The notes beneath the pieces were generated by a model. It worked only from the letters and a program-made list of their open reading frames with translations. It was not told the DNA's origin and did no database searches. This document shows positions 1 through 14,600 of a stretch of DNA of 64,000 nt, piece after piece (positions within the stretch are counted from its first letter, which is position 1; every line of letters begins with the position of its first letter). This stretch comes from the human T2T-CHM13v2.0 reference genome, Homo sapiens: assembly GCF_009914755.1 (NCBI RefSeq), contig NC_060930.1; one strand, given 5' to 3'. A program made the translations under genes and the position numbers.

Positions 1-3000
1 ACGTAGTGCAACCTTTCTTTTGATCCAGCAATTTGGAAACACTGTTTTTGTAGAATCTGCAAAAGGATATTTAAGAGCACATTGAGGCCTATGGTGAAAA
101 TGAAAATATCTTCAAATAAAAACTAGAGAGAAGCTTTCTGAGAAACTACATTGTGATGTGTGCATTCTTCTCACAGAGTTAAACCTTTCTTTTCATTCAG
201 TAGTTTGGAAAGACTGTTTTTTTAGAGTCTGCGAAGGGATATTTGGGAGTGCAATTAGACCTATTGTGTAGAAGAAAATATGTTAAGATAAAAAGTAGAA
301 AGAAGGTTTCTGAGAAACTGCTGTGTGATGTGGGCATTCACCTCACAGACTTAAACTTTTCTTTTGATCCAACAGTTTGGAAACACTGTTTTTCTAGAAT
401 CTGCAAAGGGATATTTCAGGGCACATGGAGGCCTATGGTGAAAAAGGAAATATCTTCAAATAATAACTAGACAGAAGCTTTCTGAGAAACTGCTTCGTGA
501 TGTGTGCTTTCATCTCACACAGTTAAAACTTTCTGTTGTTTCAACAGTTTGGAAATACTGTTTTTGTCCATTCTGCCAATGGCCATTTTGGAGATCTTTG
601 AGGCCAAAGGAGAATAAGGGAATATCCAAAGATAAAAAATTCAAGGAAGCTACGTGAGAAACTACTCTGTGATGTGTGCATTCATCTAGCACAGTTAAAC
701 CTTTCTTTTCATTCAGCAGTTTGGAAACCCTGTTTTTGTAGAATTTGTGAAGAGATATTTGAGAGCCCATTGATTCCGATGGTGAAAAAGTATATATCTT
801 CATATAAACACTATAAAGGAGCTTTCTGAGAAACTGCTTTGTCATGTGTGCATTCATCTCAAAGAGTTAAACCTTTCTTTTCATCTAGCACTTTGGAAAC
901 ACTGTTTTTGTAGCATCTGTGAAGGGATATTTCAGAATGCATTGAGGCCTATGGTGAAAAAAATATATCTTCAAATAAAAACTGGACAGAAGCTTTCTGG
1001 CAGACTGCTTTGTGATGTATGCATTCATGTCACAGAATTAATTCTTTCTTTTGATTCAACAGTTTTGAAACCCTGTTTTTGTCCATTCCTCTAAGGCATA
1101 TTTGGGAGCACATTGAGGCCCATGGTGAAAAAGAAAATATCTTCAGATAAAAGCTAGAAAGAAGCTTTCTGAGAAACAACTTTGTGATTTGTGGTTTCAT
1201 CTCACAAACAGAAACATTTCTTTTCATTCAGCATTTGCAAACACTGTTTTTGTCCATTCTGCGAATGGACATTTGGGAACTCATTGAGGCCAGTGGAGGA
1301 AAAGTGAATATCCCAGGATAGAAACTTAAAGGAAGGTATCTGAGAAACTGCTTTGTGATGTGTGCATTCATCTCACAGAGTTAAACCTTTCCTTACATAC
1401 AGCAGTTTAGAGATCCTGTTTCTGTAGAACCTGCAAAGGGATATTTGGGAGCCTTTGAAGCCTATAGTGAAAAAACAAATATCTTCTTATAAAAACTACC
1501 AGGAAGCTTTCTGAGAAACTGCTTTGTGATGTGAGCAATCATCTCACAGACTTAATCCTTTCTTTTGATCCAGCAATTTGGAAACACTGTTTTTGTAGAA
1601 TCTGCAAAAGGATATTTCAGAGTGCTTTGAGGCCAATTGTGAAAAAGGAAATATCTTCAAATAATAACTAGACAGAAGCTTTCAGAGAAACTGCTTTGTG
1701 ATGTGTGCTTACATCTCACAGAGTTAAAACTTTCTTTTGTTTGAACAGTTTGTAAACACTGTTTTTGTCCATTCTGCAAATGGGCATTTGTGAGCTCACT
1801 GAGGCCATAGAGGAAAAGTGAATATCCCAGGATAAAAACTACAGGGAAGCTATCTGAAAAACCCATTTGTGATGTGTGCATTCATCTCACAGAGTTAAAT
1901 CTTTCTTTTCATTCAGCAGTTTGGAAACCCTGTTTTTGTATAATCTGTGAAGAGATATTTTGGAGCCCATTGAGTCTGATGGTGAAAAAGTAAATATCTT
2001 CATATAAAAACTAGAAAGAAGCTTTCTGAGAAACTGCTTTGTCATGTTTGCATTCATCTCACAGAGTTAATCATTTCTTTTGATTCGACAGTTTTGAAAC
2101 ACTGTTTTTGTCCATTCTGTAAAGGATTATTTGGGAGCTCGTGGAGGCCTATGGTGAAAAAGGAAATATCTTCAAATAATAACTAAGCACAAGCTTTCTG
2201 AGAAACTGCTTTGTGATGAGTGATTTCATCTCACATATTTAAAACATTCTTTTGTTTCAACAGTTTGGAAACACTGCTTTTGCCATTCTGCCAATGGTCA
2301 TTTGGGAGATCATTGAGGCCAATGGAGAAAAAGGGAATATCTCAGGAAAAAAAACTTCAAGGAAGCTATGTGAGAAAAGTTTTGTGATGTGTGCATTTAT
2401 CTCCCTGAGTTAAACCTTCTTTTGATTCAGCAGTTTTTAAACACTATTTTTGTAGAAACTTCGAAGGGATATTTCAGAGCCCATTGGGTCCTACGGTGAA
2501 AAAGTAAATATCTTCATATAAAAACTTGAAAGAAGCTTTCTGAGAAACTGTGATGTGTTCTTTTGTCTCACAGAGTTAAGCGTTTCTTCTCATTCAGCAG
2601 TTAGGAAACACTGTTTTTGTCCATTCTGCAAATAGAAATTTGGGAGCTCATTGAGGCCAATGGAGAAAAAGAGAATATCCCAAGATAAAAACTTCAAGGA
2701 AGCTATCTGAGAAACCACTTTGTGATGTGTGCATTCATCTTGCACAGTTAAACCTTTCCTTATATTCAGCAGTTTGGAACCACTGTTTTTGTAGAATCTG
2801 TGAACAGATATTTTGGAGCACATTGATGCCTATGATGTAAAAGAAAATATCTAAAGATAAAAAGTAGAAAGAAGGATTCTGAGAAACTGCTCTGTGATGG
2901 GTGCATTCACCTCACAGAGTTAAACCTTTCTTTTGCTCCAGCAGTTTGGAAACACTGCTTTTGTAGAATCTGTGAAGGTATATTTTGGAGCATATTGAGG

Positions 3001-4052
3001 GCTATGGTGAAAAAGGAAATATCTTCAAATAATAACTAGACAGATTCTTTCTGAGAAACTGCTTTGTGACGTGTGCTTTCATCTCACAGGGTTAAAACTT
3101 TCTTTTGTTTCAACAGTTTGGAAACACTGTTTTTGTAGAATCTGTTAAGGAATATTTTGAAGTGCTTTGAGGCCTATGGTGAAAAAGAAAATATCTTCAA
3201 ATAAAAACTATAAACAAGCTTTCTGGTAAGCTGGTTTGTGATGTGTGCATTCAACTCACAGAATTAAAACTTCCTTTTGATTCAACAGTTTGGAAACACT
3301 GTTCTTGTCCATTCTACAAATGGACATTTGGGAGATCATTGAGGCCAATGCAGAAAAAGCGAATATCACAGAATGAAAACCACAAAGAAGCGGTCTGAGA
3401 AACCGCTTGGTGAGGTGTGCATTCATCTCACACTGTTACACATTTCTGTTCATTCAGCAGTTTGGAAACACTGTTTTTATAGAATCTGTGAAGGGATATT
3501 TGGAGCGCATTGAAACCTATAGTGAAAAAAAAATCTGAAGTTAAAAAGTAGACAGAAGCTTTCTGAGAAACTGCTTTCTTAGGGGTCCATTCACCTCACA
3601 GTGTTGAACCTTTCCTTGGTCCAGGAGTTTGGAAACACTGTTTTTGTAGAATCTGTTAAGGGATAACTCAGAGTGCAATGAGGACTATGGTGTAAAATAA
3701 AATATCTTCAAACAAAAAGTAGAGAGAAGCTTTCTGGAAACTGCTTTGTGATGTGTGCTTTCATCTCACAGAATTAATCCTTTCTTTTGATTCAACAGTT
3801 TTGAAACAATGTTTTTGTCCATTAGGTGAATGGATATTTAGGTGCTCATTGAGGCCAATGGAGAAAAAGGGAATATCACAGGATAAAAACTCCAAGGAAG
3901 CTATCTGAAAAGCAGCTTTGTGTTGGGTGCATTCGTGTCACAGAGTTAAACCTTACTTTTCATTCAGTTGTTTGGAAACACTGTTTTTGTAGAATCAGTG
4001 AGGGGATATTTGGGAGTGCATTGAGACCTATGGTTGAAAAAGAAAATATCTT
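1..4052 (+). repeat. Divergent (monomeric-type) alpha-satellite, ~171-bp monomers, no CENP-B boxes
   Basis: The motifs 'gaagctttctgagaaactgctttgtgatgtgtgcattcatctcacagagttaaac' and 'ttggaaacactgtttttgt' recur every ~171 bp with many differences between neighbours. Only A-type boxes (gcctatggtgaaaaaggaaatatc or gccaatggagaaaa) occur; I saw no CTTCGTTGGAAACGGGA. Confidence 0.97.
4040..4052 (+). repeat. L1 target-site duplication, left copy (AAGAAAATATCTT)
   Basis: An identical 13-mer lies at 5613-5625. Removing the element restores a continuous alpha monomer (gaaaaagaaaatatctt|aacataaaaagtaga). Confidence 0.9.
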
Positions 4053-5625
<1,573 letters not shown>

Positions 5626-6688
5626 AACATAAAAAGTAGAAGGAAGCTTTTTGAGAAACTGCTCTGTGATGGGTGCATTCACCTCACAGATTTAAACCTT
5701 TCTTTGGATTCAGGAATTTTGAAACACTGTTTTTGACCATCCTGTGAATGGGCATTTGGTAGCTGATTGAGGCCACTGGCAAAAAACAAATATCCCAGGA
5801 TAAATATTAGAAAGATGCTATCTGAGAAACCACTTTGTGATGTGTGCATTCATCTCACAGAATTAAAACTTTCTTTTGATTCAACAGTTTTGAAACATTG
5901 TTTTTCTCCATTCTGTGAATAGATATTTGGGAGTTAATTGAGGCCATTGGAGAAAAAGGGAATATCCCAGGATAAAAACTTCTAGGAAGATATCTGAGAT
6001 ACTGTTTTGTGATGTGTGAATTTTTCTCATAGAGTTAAACCTTTCCTTATATACAGCAGTATGAAAACAGTGTTTTGTATATTTTTCAAAGGAATATTTG
6101 GGAGCCCACTGAGGTCTATAGTGAAACACTAAATATCTTCATATAAAAACTAGAAAGAAGCTTTATGTAAAACTTCATGTGATGTGTGAATTCATCTCAC
6201 AGAGTTAAAATTTTCTTTTCATTCAGCATTTTGGAAACACTGTTTTTGTAGAATCTGTGAAGGGATAATTAGGAGTGCATTGAGGCCTACGGTGAAAAAG
6301 TAAATATCTTCAACTAATAAGTAGACAGAAGCTTGCTGAGAAACTGCTTTGTGATGTCTGCTTTCATCACACAGAGTTAAAACGTTCTTTTGTTTCAACA
6401 GTTTTTAAACACTGCTTTGTCCATTCTGTGAATGAACATTTTGGAGCTCTTTGAGATCAATGGAGGAAAAGCAAATATCCCAGGATAAAAACTATATGGA
6501 AGTAATCTGAGAAACTGATTTGTGATGTGTGCATTTATCTCGCACATTTAAACTTCTCTTTTCATTCAGCAGTTTGGAAAACTCTTTTTGTAAAATCTGC
6601 AAAGCGATATTTGGGAGACCATTGAGTCCTACGGTGAAAAAGTAAATATCTTCACATAAATACTGGAAAGAAGCTTTCTAAGAAACTG
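5626..6688 (+). repeat. Divergent (monomeric-type) alpha-satellite, continuation of the 1-4052 layer
   Basis: Same monomer types (ccattctgtgaat.../aatatcccaggataaaaact; gtagaatctgtgaaggg) and no CENP-B boxes. Confidence 0.96.
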
Positions 6689-6739
6689 AAACACTCTTCT
6701 TGTAGAAGCTGAAAGTGGATATTTGGACCTATTTGAGGC

Positions 6740-6756
6740 CTTCGTTGGAAACGGGA
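6740..6756 (+). promoter_or_regulatory. First intact CENP-B box of the window
   Basis: CTTCGTTGGAAACGGGA, the canonical 17-mer, ~50 bp after the junction. Confidence 0.95.
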
Positions 6757-8610
6757 TTTCTTCATATAACTCTAGATAGAAGAATTCTCAGAAACTCCTT
6801 TGTGATGTGTGCATTCAACTCACAGAGTGAAACCTTCCTTTTGACAAAGCAGTTTTGAAACACTGTTTTTGTAGGATTTCCAAGGGGATATTTAGAGTGC
6901 CTTGAAGCCTACGGTAGAAAAAGAAACATCTTCATATAAAAACTAGACAGAATAATTCTCAGAATCTGCTTTGCGATGTGTGCGTTCAACACACAGAGTA
7001 AAACGTTTCTTTGGATAGAGCAGTTTTGAAACACTCTTTTTTCAGTATTTGCAAGTGTATATTAAGAGCGCATTGAAGCCCACGGTAGAAAAGGAAATAT
7101 CTTCACCTAAAACCTAGACAGAAGCAATCTCAGAAACTAATTTGGGATGTGTGCATTCAACTCACAGAGTGGAACTTTCCTCTTTATAGAGCAGTGTTGA
7201 AACACTCTTTTTGTAGAAACTGCCAGTGGATATTTGGACCTCTTTGAGGCCTTCGTTGGAAATGGGATTTCTTCACATATCCCCAGACAGAAGAATTTTC
7301 TGAAACCTCATTGTGATGTGTGCGTTCATCTCACAGAGTGGAGACTTCCTTTTATTAGAGAACTTTTGAATCCCTATTCTTGTAGGATTTACAAGTGGAA
7401 ATTTAGACCACTTTGAAGCCTATGATAGAAAAGGAAACATCTTCATGGAAAACATAGATAGAATCATTCTCAGAAACAACTTTGTGATGTGTGCGTTGAA
7501 CTCACAGACTTTATCCTTTCTTTTGGTAGAGAAGTTTTGAAACACTCTCTTTGTAAACTCTAGAAGTGGATATTTTGAGCCTTTGGAGGCATTCTTTGGA
7601 AAAGGGAATGTCTTCACATAAAAGGCAGACAGAAGTGTTCTGAGAAACTGCTTTGTGATGTCTGCGTTCAACTCACAGAGTTTAACATTTCCTTTGATAT
7701 AACAGTTTAGAAACACTCTTTGTAGAATTTGGAAGTGTATATTAAGAGGGCTTTGAGACCTATGGTAGAAAAGTAAATATCTTTCCATAAAAGCTGGAGA
7801 GAAGCAATCTCAGAAACTCCTTTGTGATGTCTGCATTCAACACACCAAGTGGAACATTCCTCTTGATAGAGCAGTTTGGAAACAATCTTTCTGTAGAATA
7901 TGCTAGTGGATATTTGGACCTCCTTGAGGCCTTCCTTGGAAAGGGGAATTTTTTCATATAAACCCATAAAGAAGAATTCTCAGAAACTTCGTTGTGATGC
8001 GTGCATTCAACTCACCGAGTTAAACATTTCTTTTGATTGAGCAGTTTCCAAACACTCTTTTGTAGAATTTGCAAGGGTACATTTAGAGCGCATTCAGTCC
8101 TATGGTACAAAAGGAAATATCTTTCCATAAAAGCTAGACAGAAGAAATCTCAGAAACTCCTTTGTGATGTCTGCATTCAAGTCACTGAGTGGAACATTCC
8201 TCTTGATAGAGCAGTTTGGAAACACTGTTTCTGTAGAATCTGCAAGTGGATATTTGGATCTATTTGAGGCCTTCGTTGGAAAAGGGAATTCTTCCTATAA
8301 ACCCAGACAGAAGAATTCTCAGAGACTTCTTTGTGATTTGTGAATTCAACTCACAGAGTGGATCCTTCCTTTTGATAGAGCAGTTTTGAAACACTGTTTT
8401 TTTAGTATTTCGAAGCGGATATTTGGAGCGCCTTGAAGCCTACGGTAGAAAAGGAAATATCTTTCCATAAAAGCTAGACAGAAGCAATCTCAGAAACTCC
8501 TTTGTGATGTCTGCATTCAAGTCACCGAGTGGAACATTGCTCTTGATAGAGTAGTTTGGAAACACTGTTTCTGTAGAATCTGCAAGTGGATATTTGGACC
8601 TCTTTGAGGC

Positions 8611-8627
8611 CTTCGTTGGAAACGGGA
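8611..8627 (+). promoter_or_regulatory. Intact CENP-B box in the edge copy
   Basis: CTTCGTTGGAAACGGGA. Confidence 0.93.
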
Positions 8628-11600
8628 TTTCTTCTTATAAACCCAGACAGAAGAATTCTCAGAGACTTCTTTGTGATGTGTGAATTCAACTCACAGAGTG
8701 GATCCTTCCTTTTGATAGAGCAGTTTTCAAACACTGTTTTTATAGTATTTCCAAGCGGATATTTGGAGCGCCTTGAAGCCTATGGTAGAAAAGGAAATAT
8801 CTTCCCATAAAACCTAGACAGAAGCAATCTCAGAAACTACTTTGTGATGTCTGCATTCAACTCACAGAGTGGAACATTCCTCTTGATAGAGCAGTTTTGA
8901 AACCCTCTTTCTGTAGGACCTGCGAGTGGGTATTTGGAACTCCTTGAAGTCTTCTTTGGAAACGAGATTTTTCATATAAACCTACAGAGAAGAATTCACA
9001 GTAACTTACTCCGATGTGTGCATTCGACTCACAGAGTGGAACATTCCCTTTGATAGAGCAGTTTTGAAACACTGTTTTTGTAGAATTCCCAAGTGGATAT
9101 TTAGAGCACTTTAAAGACTCTGCTAGAAAAGGAAACATATTCATGTAAAAACTCGATAGAATCATTCTCAGAAACTGCTTGTGATGTGTGCGTTCAACTC
9201 ACAGAGTTTAACGTTTCTTTTGATAGATCATTTCTGGAACCCTCCTTTCGTAGAAGCAGCACGTGGATCTTTAGACCAATTGAGGCCTTCGTTGGAAACG
9301 GGATTTCTTCATGTTACTCTAGATAGAAGAATTCTCAAACACTACTATGTGATGTTTGCATTCAAGTCACAGAGTGCAACATTCCTCTTGTTAGAGCAGT
9401 TGGGAAACACTCCTTTTGTAGAATTTGCAATGGGATATTTGGACTTCTTTGAGGCCTTCGTTGGAAACGGGATTTCTTCGTATAAATCTAGACAGAAGAA
9501 TTCTCAGAAACTTCTTTGTGATGTGTGCATTCAACTCAGCGAGTGGCACCTTCCTTTGGATACAGCAGTTTTGAAACACTGTTTTTGTAGTATTTCCAAG
9601 CGGATATTTAGAGCGCCTTGAAGCCTATGCTAGATATGGAAATATCTTCCCATAAAACCAAGACAGAAGCAATCTCAGAAACTAATGTGTGATGGCTGCA
9701 TTCCACACACACGGTGGACCATTTCTCTTGATAGAGCAGTTTTGAAACACTCTTTCTGTAGAATCTGCAAGTGGATAATTGGACCTCCTAGAGGCCTTCG
9801 TTGGAAACGGGATTTCTCCATCTAAACCTACAGAGAAGAATTCTCAGTAACTTCTTCGGATGTGTGCATTCGACTCACAGAGTGGAACATTCCCTTCGAT
9901 AGAGCAGTTTTGAGACACCGTTTTTGTAGAATTCCCAAGTGGATATTTAGAGCACTTTGAAGTCTCTGCTAGAAAAGGAAACATCTTCATGTAAAAAGTA
10001 GATAGAATCGTTCTCAGAAAGTGCTTAGTGACGTGTGCGTTCAACTCACAGAGTGTAACGTTTCTTTTGATAGAGCGTTTCTGAAACACCCTTCTTGTAG
10101 TAGCTGCAAGTGGATATTTGGACCTAATGGAGGCCTTCTTTGGAAACGGGATTTCTTCATGTAACTCTAGATTGAAGAATTCTCAGAAACTCCTGTGTGA
10201 TGTGTGCATTCAATTCAAAGAGTGAAACCTCCCTTTTCACAGAGCAGTTTTGAAACACTGTTTTTGTAGGATTTCCAAGGGGATATTTATAGCGCATTGA
10301 GCCTACGGCAGAAAAAGAAACACCTTCCTATAAAAACTAGACAGAATAATTCTCAGAATCTGCTTTGCGATGTGTGCGTTCAAGTCACTGAGTAAAACTT
10401 TTCTTTTGATAGAGCAGTTTTGAAACACTCTTTTTGTAGTATTTGCATGTGTATATTTAGAGCGCATTGAAGCCCACAGTAGAAAAGGAAATAACTTCAC
10501 CTAAAACCTAGACAGAAGCAATCCCAGAAACTACTTTGTGATGTGTACATTCAACTCGCAGAGTGGAACTTTCCTCTTTATAGAGCAGTGTTGAAACACT
10601 CTTTTTGTAGAAACTGCAAGTGGATATGTGGACCTCTTTGAGGCCCTCGTTGGAAACCGGATTTCTTCCTATAACCCTAGACAGAAGAATTTTCAGAAAC
10701 CTCATTGTGATGTGTGCGTTCATCTCACAGAGTGGAGTCTTCCGTTTGATAGAGAAGTTTTGAAACCCTGTTCTTGTAGGATTTCCAAGTGGATATTTAG
10801 ACCACTTTGAAGCCTATGATAGAAAAGGAAACATCTTCATGGAAAACATAGACAGAATCATTCTCAGAAAGAACTTTGTGATGTGTGCGTTGAACTCACC
10901 GTCTTTAACCTTTCTTTTGGTAGAGAAGTCTTGAAACACTCTCTTTGTAAAGTCTACAAGTGGATATTTTGAGCCCTTGGAGGCATTCTTTGGAAAAGGG
11001 AATGTCTTCACATAAAAGGCAGACAGAAGTGTTCTCAGAAACTGCTTTGTGATGTCTGTGTTCAACTCACAGAGTTTAACATTTCCTTTGATAGAGCAGT
11101 TTAGCAACACTCTCTTTGTAGAATTTGGAAGTGTATACTAAGAGCGCTTTGAGGCCTATGGTAGAAAAGGAAATATCTTTCCATAAAAGCTAGACAGAAG
11201 CAATCTCAGAAACTCCTTTGTGATGTCTGCATTCAACTCACCGAGTGGAACATTCCTCTTGATAGAGCAGTTTGGAAACACTCTTTCTGTAGAATCAGCT
11301 TCTTTGTATTTGGAACTCCTTGAGGCCTTCGTTGGAAACGAGTTTTCATCTTATAAACCCAGACAGAAGAATTCTCTGAGTCTTCTTTGTGATGTGTGCT
11401 TTCAACTCACCGAGATAAAGATTTCTCTTGATAGAGCAATTTGGAAACACTCTTTTTGTAGAATTGGCAAGGGTACATTGAGAGCGCTTTCAGGCCTATG
11501 GTAGAAAAGGGAATATCTTTCCATAAAAGGTAGACAGAAGGAATCTCAGAAACTACTTTGTGATGTGTGCATTCAACTCACCGAGTGCAACATTCCTCTT

Positions 11601-14600
11601 GATAGAGCAGTTTGGAAACATTGTTTCTGTAGAATCTGCAAGTGGATATTTGGACCTCTTTGAGGCCTTCGTTGGAAACGGGATTTCTTCCTATAAACCC
11701 AGACAGAAGAATTCTCAGAGACTTCTTTGTGATGTGTGAATTCAAATCACAGTGTGGATCCTTCCTTTTGATAGAGCAGTTTTGAAACACTGTTTTTGTA
11801 GTATTTCCAAGCGGATATTTGGAACGCCTTGAAGCGTATGGTAGAAAAGGAAATATCTTCCCATAAAACCTAGACAGAACCAATCTCAGAAACGACTTTG
11901 TGATGTCTGCATTCAACTCACAGAGTTGAACATTTCTCTTGATAGAGCAGTTTTGAAACCCTCTTTCTGAAGGATCTGCAAGTGGATATTTGGAACTCCT
12001 TTGGGTCTTCGTTGGAAACGGGATTTCTTCGTATAAATCTAGACAGAAGAATTCTCCGAAACTTCTTTGGTTGTGTGCATTCAAGTCACAGAGTGGAACC
12101 TTCCTTTGGGTAGAGCAGTTTGAAACGCTGTGGTTGTAGTATTTCCAAGCGGATATTTGAGCGCCTTGAGGCCTATGGTAGAAAAGGAAATGTCTTCCCA
12201 TAAAACGTAGACGGAAGCAATCTCAGAAACTACTGTGTGATGGCTGCATTCCACACACACGGTGGAACATTTCTCTTGATAGAGCAGTTTTGAAACACTC
12301 TTTCTGTAGAATCTGCAAGTGGATAATTGGACCGCCTTGAGGCCTTCGTTGGAAACGGGATTTCTTCATGTTACTCTAGATAGAAGAATTCTCAAACACT
12401 GCTATGTGATGTTTGCATTCAAGTCACAGAGTGCAACATTCCTCTTGACAGAGCAGTTGGGAAACACTCCTTTTGTAGAATCTGCAATGGGATATTTGGA
12501 CTTCTTTGAGGCCTTCGTTGGAAACGGGATTTCTTCGTATAAATCTAGACAGAAGAATTCTCAGAAACTTCTTTGTGATGTGTGCATTCAACTCAGCGAG
12601 TGGCACCTTCCTTTGGAGACAGCAGTTTTGAAACACTGTTTTTGAGGTATTTCCAAGCGGATATTTAGAGCGCCTCGAAGCCTACGCTAGAAATGGAAAT
12701 ATCTCCCCATAAAACCAAGACAGAAGCAATCTCAGAAACTAATGTGTGATGGCTGCATTCCACACACACGGTGGACCATTTCTCTTGATAGAGCAGTTTT
12801 GAAACACTCTTTCTGTAGAATCTGCAAGTGGATAATTGGACCTCCTAGAGGCCTTCGTTGGAGACCGGATTTCTTCATCTAAACCTACAGAGAAGAATTC
12901 TCAGTAACTTCTTCGGATGTGTGCATTCGACTCACAGAGTGGAACATTCCCTTCGATAGAGCAGTTTTGAGACACCGTTTTTGTAGAATTCCCAAGTGGA
13001 TATTTAGAGCACTTTGAAGTCTCTGCTAGAAAAGGAAACATCTTCATGTAAAAAGTAGATAGAATCGTTCTCAGAAAGTGCTTAGTGACGTGTGCTTTCA
13101 ACTCACAGAGTGTAACGTTTCTTTTGATAGAGCGTTTCTGAAACACCCTTCTTGTAGTAGCTGCAAGTGGATATTTGGACCTATTGGAGGCCTTCTTTGG
13201 AAACGGGATTTCTTCATGTAACTCTAGATTGAAGAATTCTCAGAAACTCCTGTGTGATGTGTGCATTCAATTCAAAGAGTGAAACCTCCCTTTTCACAGA
13301 GCAGTTTTGAAACACTGTTTTTGTAGGATTTCCAAGGGGATATTTATAGCGCATTGAGCCTACGGCAGAAAAAGAAACACCTTCCTATAAAAACTAGACA
13401 GAATAATTCTCAGAATCTGCTTTGCGATGTGTGCGTTCAACTCACTGAGTAAAACTTTTCTTTTGATAAGGCAGTTTTGAAACACTCTTTTTGTAGTATT
13501 TGCATGTGTATATTTAGAGCGCATTGAAGCCCACAGTAGAAAAGGAAATAACTTCACCTAAAACCTAGACAGAAGCAATCCCAGAAACTACTTTGTGATG
13601 TGTACATTCAACTCGCAGAGTGGAACTTTCCTCTTTATAGAGCAGTGTTGAAACACTCTTTTTGTAGAAACTGCAAGTGGATATGTGGACCTCTTTGAGG
13701 CCCTCGTTGGAAACGGGATTTCTTCCTATAACCCTAGACAGAAGAATTTTCAGAAACCTCATTGTGATGTGTGCGTTCATCTCACAGAGTGGAGTCTTCC
13801 GTTTGATAGAGAAGTTTTGAAACCCTGTTCTTGTAGGATTTCCAAGTGGATATTTAGACCACTTTGAAGCCTATGATAGAAAAGGAAACATCTTCATGGA
13901 AAACATAGACAGAATCATTCTCAGAAAGAACTTTGTGATGTGTGCGTTGAACTCACCGTCTTTAACCTTTCTTTTGGTAGAGAAGTCTTGAAACACTCTC
14001 TTTGTAAAGTCTACAAGTGGATATTTTGAGCCCTTGGAGGCATTCTTTGGAAAAGGGAATGTCTTCACGTAAAAGGCAGACAGAAGTGTTCTCAGAAACT
14101 GCTTTGTGATGTCTGTGTTCAACTCACAGAGTTTAACATTTCCTTTGATAGAGCAGTTTAGCAACACTCTCTTTGTAGAATTTGGAAGTGTATACTAAGA
14201 GCGCTTTGAGGCCTATGGTAGAAAAGGAAATATCTTTCCATAAAAGCTAGACAGAAGCAATCTCAGAAACTCCTTTGTGATGTCTGCATTCAACTCACCG
14301 AGTGGAACATTCCTCTTGATAGAGCAGTTTGGAAACACTCTTTCTGTAGAATCAGCTTGTTTGTATTTGGAACTCCTTGAGGCCTTCGTTGGAAACGGGT
14401 TTTCATCTTATAAACCCAGACAGAAGAATTCTCTGAGTCTTCTTTGTGATGTGTGCTTTCAACTCACCGAGATAAAGATTTCTCTTGATAGAGCAATTTG
14501 GAAACACTCTTTTTGTAGAATTGGCAAGGGTACATTGAGAGCGCTTTCAGGCCTATGGTAGAAAAGGGAATATCTTTCCATAAAAGGTAGACAGAAGGAA

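Larger units (their letters stand above)
6689..9290 (+). repeat. Diverged and rearranged edge copy of the alpha-satellite HOR
   Basis: Monomers are individually assignable to HOR monomers (ctcagaatctgctttgcgatg at 6958 = m2; gaaacctcattg at ~7302 = m4; cattctttggaaaaggga at ~7590 = m5) but carry many substitutions and an altered order. The right boundary is approximate. Confidence 0.88.

Noticed and set aside
9830-9850. Short palindromes around GAATTC (agaattct) and AAGCTT in many monomers
   Set aside because: These are ordinary consensus EcoRI/HindIII sites of alpha-satellite, too short to argue for special secondary structure.
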